IMG/VR virus record: IMGVR_UViG_3300025131_000004
Source of the DNA: a virus
Taxonomy: Duplodnaviria; Heunggongvirae; Uroviricota; Caudoviricetes
DNA: 46,285 nucleotides
Direction: 5' to 3' (one strand)
Below, one piece after another: positions 44,198 through 46,285 of the stretch (position 1 is its first letter; each line of letters opens with the position of its first letter). Both the position numbers and the translations under genes were made by a program. Under the pieces are notes generated by a model. It had not been told where the DNA came from. It worked only from the letters and a program-made list of their open reading frames with translations, and ran no database searches.

Positions 44198-46183
44198 TTA
44201 AAAGAGATTGCACTTGTCCGAGTCACAGAACTTTTCACCCACTCCCGCCTGTGAAACAACACCAAAGTTCAATGGCTTGATCTCAGCTATCATAGCTTCA
44301 TAAGTTTCTTGATCTATGGCTTCATATGGTAACTGTGGATACCAATCTGTATTCAGTGGCAAGAAGGAGACACCCTTGAGTCTTGTTTCATAAAGCTCTA
44401 AGGCGTTCTTGATATGGGGAGCCTCCTCTGGTGTAAATGTGACTGTCACAGACACTTGATTGTCTGCCCAGTAGTGTTGAATCTGCGCAGCGATCTCAAG
44501 CTGCTCCCACATGGAAACATCGTACTTGCTTCTTGTGAAGTCAGGTTCGTGTACTGGGAACTCAATCACTACAGTGCTATCTTCCAATCCTACGCACGGC
44601 TCAATTCTATAATTTGCTGCCATAAGGACCGGCACAATGTCATGATTCTTGGGAGATCTAACTCTACGGATGTAGTATTCTCCTTCGGAGTAATGCATGC
44701 CAGGGCGTTCTCCGGGAAGCAACGGCACGGTTCCCCCAGGTTTGACTGAAGTCTTTTTGATTGACTCTCGAATGCCGAGCCAGTCTGAGTATACTCTGTC
44801 CAGTTGTGTGATGTAGTCATAGCCTCTCTTCATCCAATTAAAAGTTTCGCGAGTGCCAAACTTATCAAACGCACGGGTGATACCGCCCATGGACGTACCA
44901 ATACGCCTATTGCGATTCATTACGTTGTTTGTCTCTGGAATATGAGTGCCAAGTAAGGTTACGCTCTTTGCATATAGATAAGCGAACTTGAGTGTCTGAC
45001 GATACTCTTCGTAATTCTCATGTCTTGCAGGGAATGTTTCAACCAGACAACATAGCTCATAAGGTTCCAAGGTCTGCTCTAGACATGGGTTCCCTCCACG
45101 AGCCCTTTCGTCTGCCCAGTTCGGAGGATCCATCATCCTACCAAACTTTCTGGCATTCTCTAGCCACATATAGCCAGGCTCACCATTGATTGCAGTCATT
45201 CCTGCAGCCAAGGAATAGTCTTGTCCCACTTCGCAGAACACAGAGTTGTTTGAAGCCCACCTGTGACTTGTAACCTTCTTCTTGTCTTGCTTCATGGCCA
45301 TGTATGGCAGATCGTCAGGACTTCCAAAGGCGATTTCTGCTGTACGACGGACGTTGCCGGCTACAACACACTTGCCAATGAGATTCATGACATCGGTGAT
45401 GTCTACAGAAGAAAGAGTCTGTCCATTTCTGCTATCAAACAAGTCTCTAAGGTATCTATGTAGATCCATCAACGGTTGAGGACCGCTAGCGGTTCCTCCA
45501 AACCCCTTGATAGGTGCACCGTATGGACGAATCTCAAGGTAATCAAACATTACCTTCTTGCTTCCTTCAACAAGATAGGAGTCGATAAGAAGACCAACGG
45601 ACTCAACCCATCCCTCTCTTGTGTCAGGAATGGTCCATCCATAACTGTTCTCCCAAGGCTCACCAAGAGGCTTGTGTACAGTTACCTTCTCGGCGCCCTT
45701 GACATCAAAGCCACATCCTACACCCAACATGGATACATCCATAAGGAATGTGAATGGCTTGGAGAGTTCTGCGCTCAGGTTTTCAGTAGAGACGAATGCA
45801 CAGTTGTTCAGCGCCGTAGCGCCTCGCTCCCATACATAGTCAGTACCCATCATCCATAAGCCACGGCCAGGAGGAAGGAACTTGAAGTTCCACATCAACT
45901 CAAACATCTTCTGAGCTGAACGCTGAGCTCTATCATCATCCCATGGGAGCTGACGGTCGAGACAATGTCTCTTTTGAATGGCGAAGGTTCCTTCTACCAC
46001 TCTCTTGCAGGTATCATGAAACTCTTCTGTTGATCCGTTCTTCATGATACGAGAATAAGTTCTCTTATAGACAACGTATCCGATAGGGCCCCACTCTGGT
46101 TGCTGCCCTACATACTCTTGATAAAACTCTGGCTCTAATTCAAAGTAAAACTTACTCTGAGGCTTTCTTAGTTCCTTCTGCAT
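44198..46183 (-). CDS. nrdJ: Class II (adenosylcobalamin-dependent) ribonucleotide reductase, monomeric RTPR type
   Basis: PPGRGLW, NNCAF, VVAGNVRRTAE, SNNS, NPCLEQ, CCLVE, VKPGGT and C-terminal CDSDKC. Confidence 0.95.
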   Translation of the reverse strand: MQKELRKPQSKFYFELEPEFYQEYVGQQPEWGPIGYVVYKRTYSRIMKNGSTEEFHDTCKRVVEGTFAIQKRHCLDRQLPWDDDRAQRSAQKMFELMWNFKFLPPGRGLWMMGTDYVWERGATALNNCAFVSTENLSAELSKPFTFLMDVSMLGVGCGFDVKGAEKVTVHKPLGEPWENSYGWTIPDTREGWVESVGLLIDSYLVEGSKKVMFDYLEIRPYGAPIKGFGGTASGPQPLMDLHRYLRDLFDSRNGQTLSSVDITDVMNLIGKCVVAGNVRRTAEIAFGSPDDLPYMAMKQDKKKVTSHRWASNNSVFCEVGQDYSLAAGMTAINGEPGYMWLENARKFGRMMDPPNWADERARGGNPCLEQTLEPYELCCLVETFPARHENYEEYRQTLKFAYLYAKSVTLLGTHIPETNNVMNRNRRIGTSMGGITRAFDKFGTRETFNWMKRGYDYITQLDRVYSDWLGIRESIKKTSVKPGGTVPLLPGERPGMHYSEGEYYIRRVRSPKNHDIVPVLMAANYRIEPCVGLEDSTVVIEFPVHEPDFTRSKYDVSMWEQLEIAAQIQHYWADNQVSVTVTFTPEEAPHIKNALELYETRLKGVSFLPLNTDWYPQLPYEAIDQETYEAMIAEIKPLNFGVVSQAGVGEKFCDSDKCNLF

Positions 46184-46283
46184 CTACTTGACCTCCATCA
46201 AGGGAAGGCTCTACATGATTCAATAGCTCAGCTATACCAAGACCAATGCTTCGTATGCTCTTTCGAACTAGATTTTCGTGATC
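46152..46283 (-). CDS. 3' end of a gene that starts beyond the window
   Basis: Open frame DHENLVRKSIRSIG...KKASE to TAA at 46152. Confidence 0.45.
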   Translation of the reverse strand, partial: DHENLVRKSIRSIGLGIAELLNHVEPSLDGGQVDAEGTKKASE

Positions 46284-46285
46284 GT

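Noticed and set aside
34992-46183. Inteins or introns in dnaE, recA or nrdJ
   Set aside because: Protein lengths are normal, motifs are collinear and no splice-junction motifs were seen.
1-46285. Stop-codon reassignment
   Set aside because: Long genes are uninterrupted in the standard code, and TAA, TAG and TGA all end recognisable genes.
1-46285. Bacterial chromosome or integrated prophage
   Set aside because: Housekeeping-like genes are interleaved with phage-type ORFans, homing endonucleases and virion genes; no integrase, att site or host boundary is visible.

Overview
This window is a gene-dense fragment of a large (probably jumbo-type) tailed bacteriophage genome, read in the standard genetic code. 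It has two convergent blocks. (1) 1-15108, + strand: a late/structural block with an FN3-containing virion protein, three tandem paralogous baseplate-like proteins, a 990-aa beta-helical fibre, small membrane proteins and a holin-like gene. (2) 15105-46285, - strand: nucleotide metabolism and replication genes (divergent PurA, DHFR, ThyA, MazG-like pyrophosphatase, dUTPase, dNMP kinase, class II RNR, DnaE, fused primase-helicase, RecA, DHH and calcineurin-like phosphoesterases, PhoH). The same block carries a sigma-like factor, a classical-clade AAA+ ATPase, five PD-(D/E)XK-fold proteins, two free-standing homing endonucleases and a Cys/Asp-repeat vWA lipoprotein of a type common in Myxococcota. 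The most notable observations are: a PurA homologue lacking the catalytic His and with an altered P-loop (neither canonical PurA nor PurZ) near a MazG-like gene; a lipoprotein next to a membrane-anchored nuclease; a probably leaderless sigma gene; a dUTPase with a large insertion; and several small genes that are intact except for a 1-2 nt frame break or a non-canonical start. I saw no tRNA, rRNA, CRISPR array, intein or integrase. All product calls come from reading motifs by eye; no database search was run.
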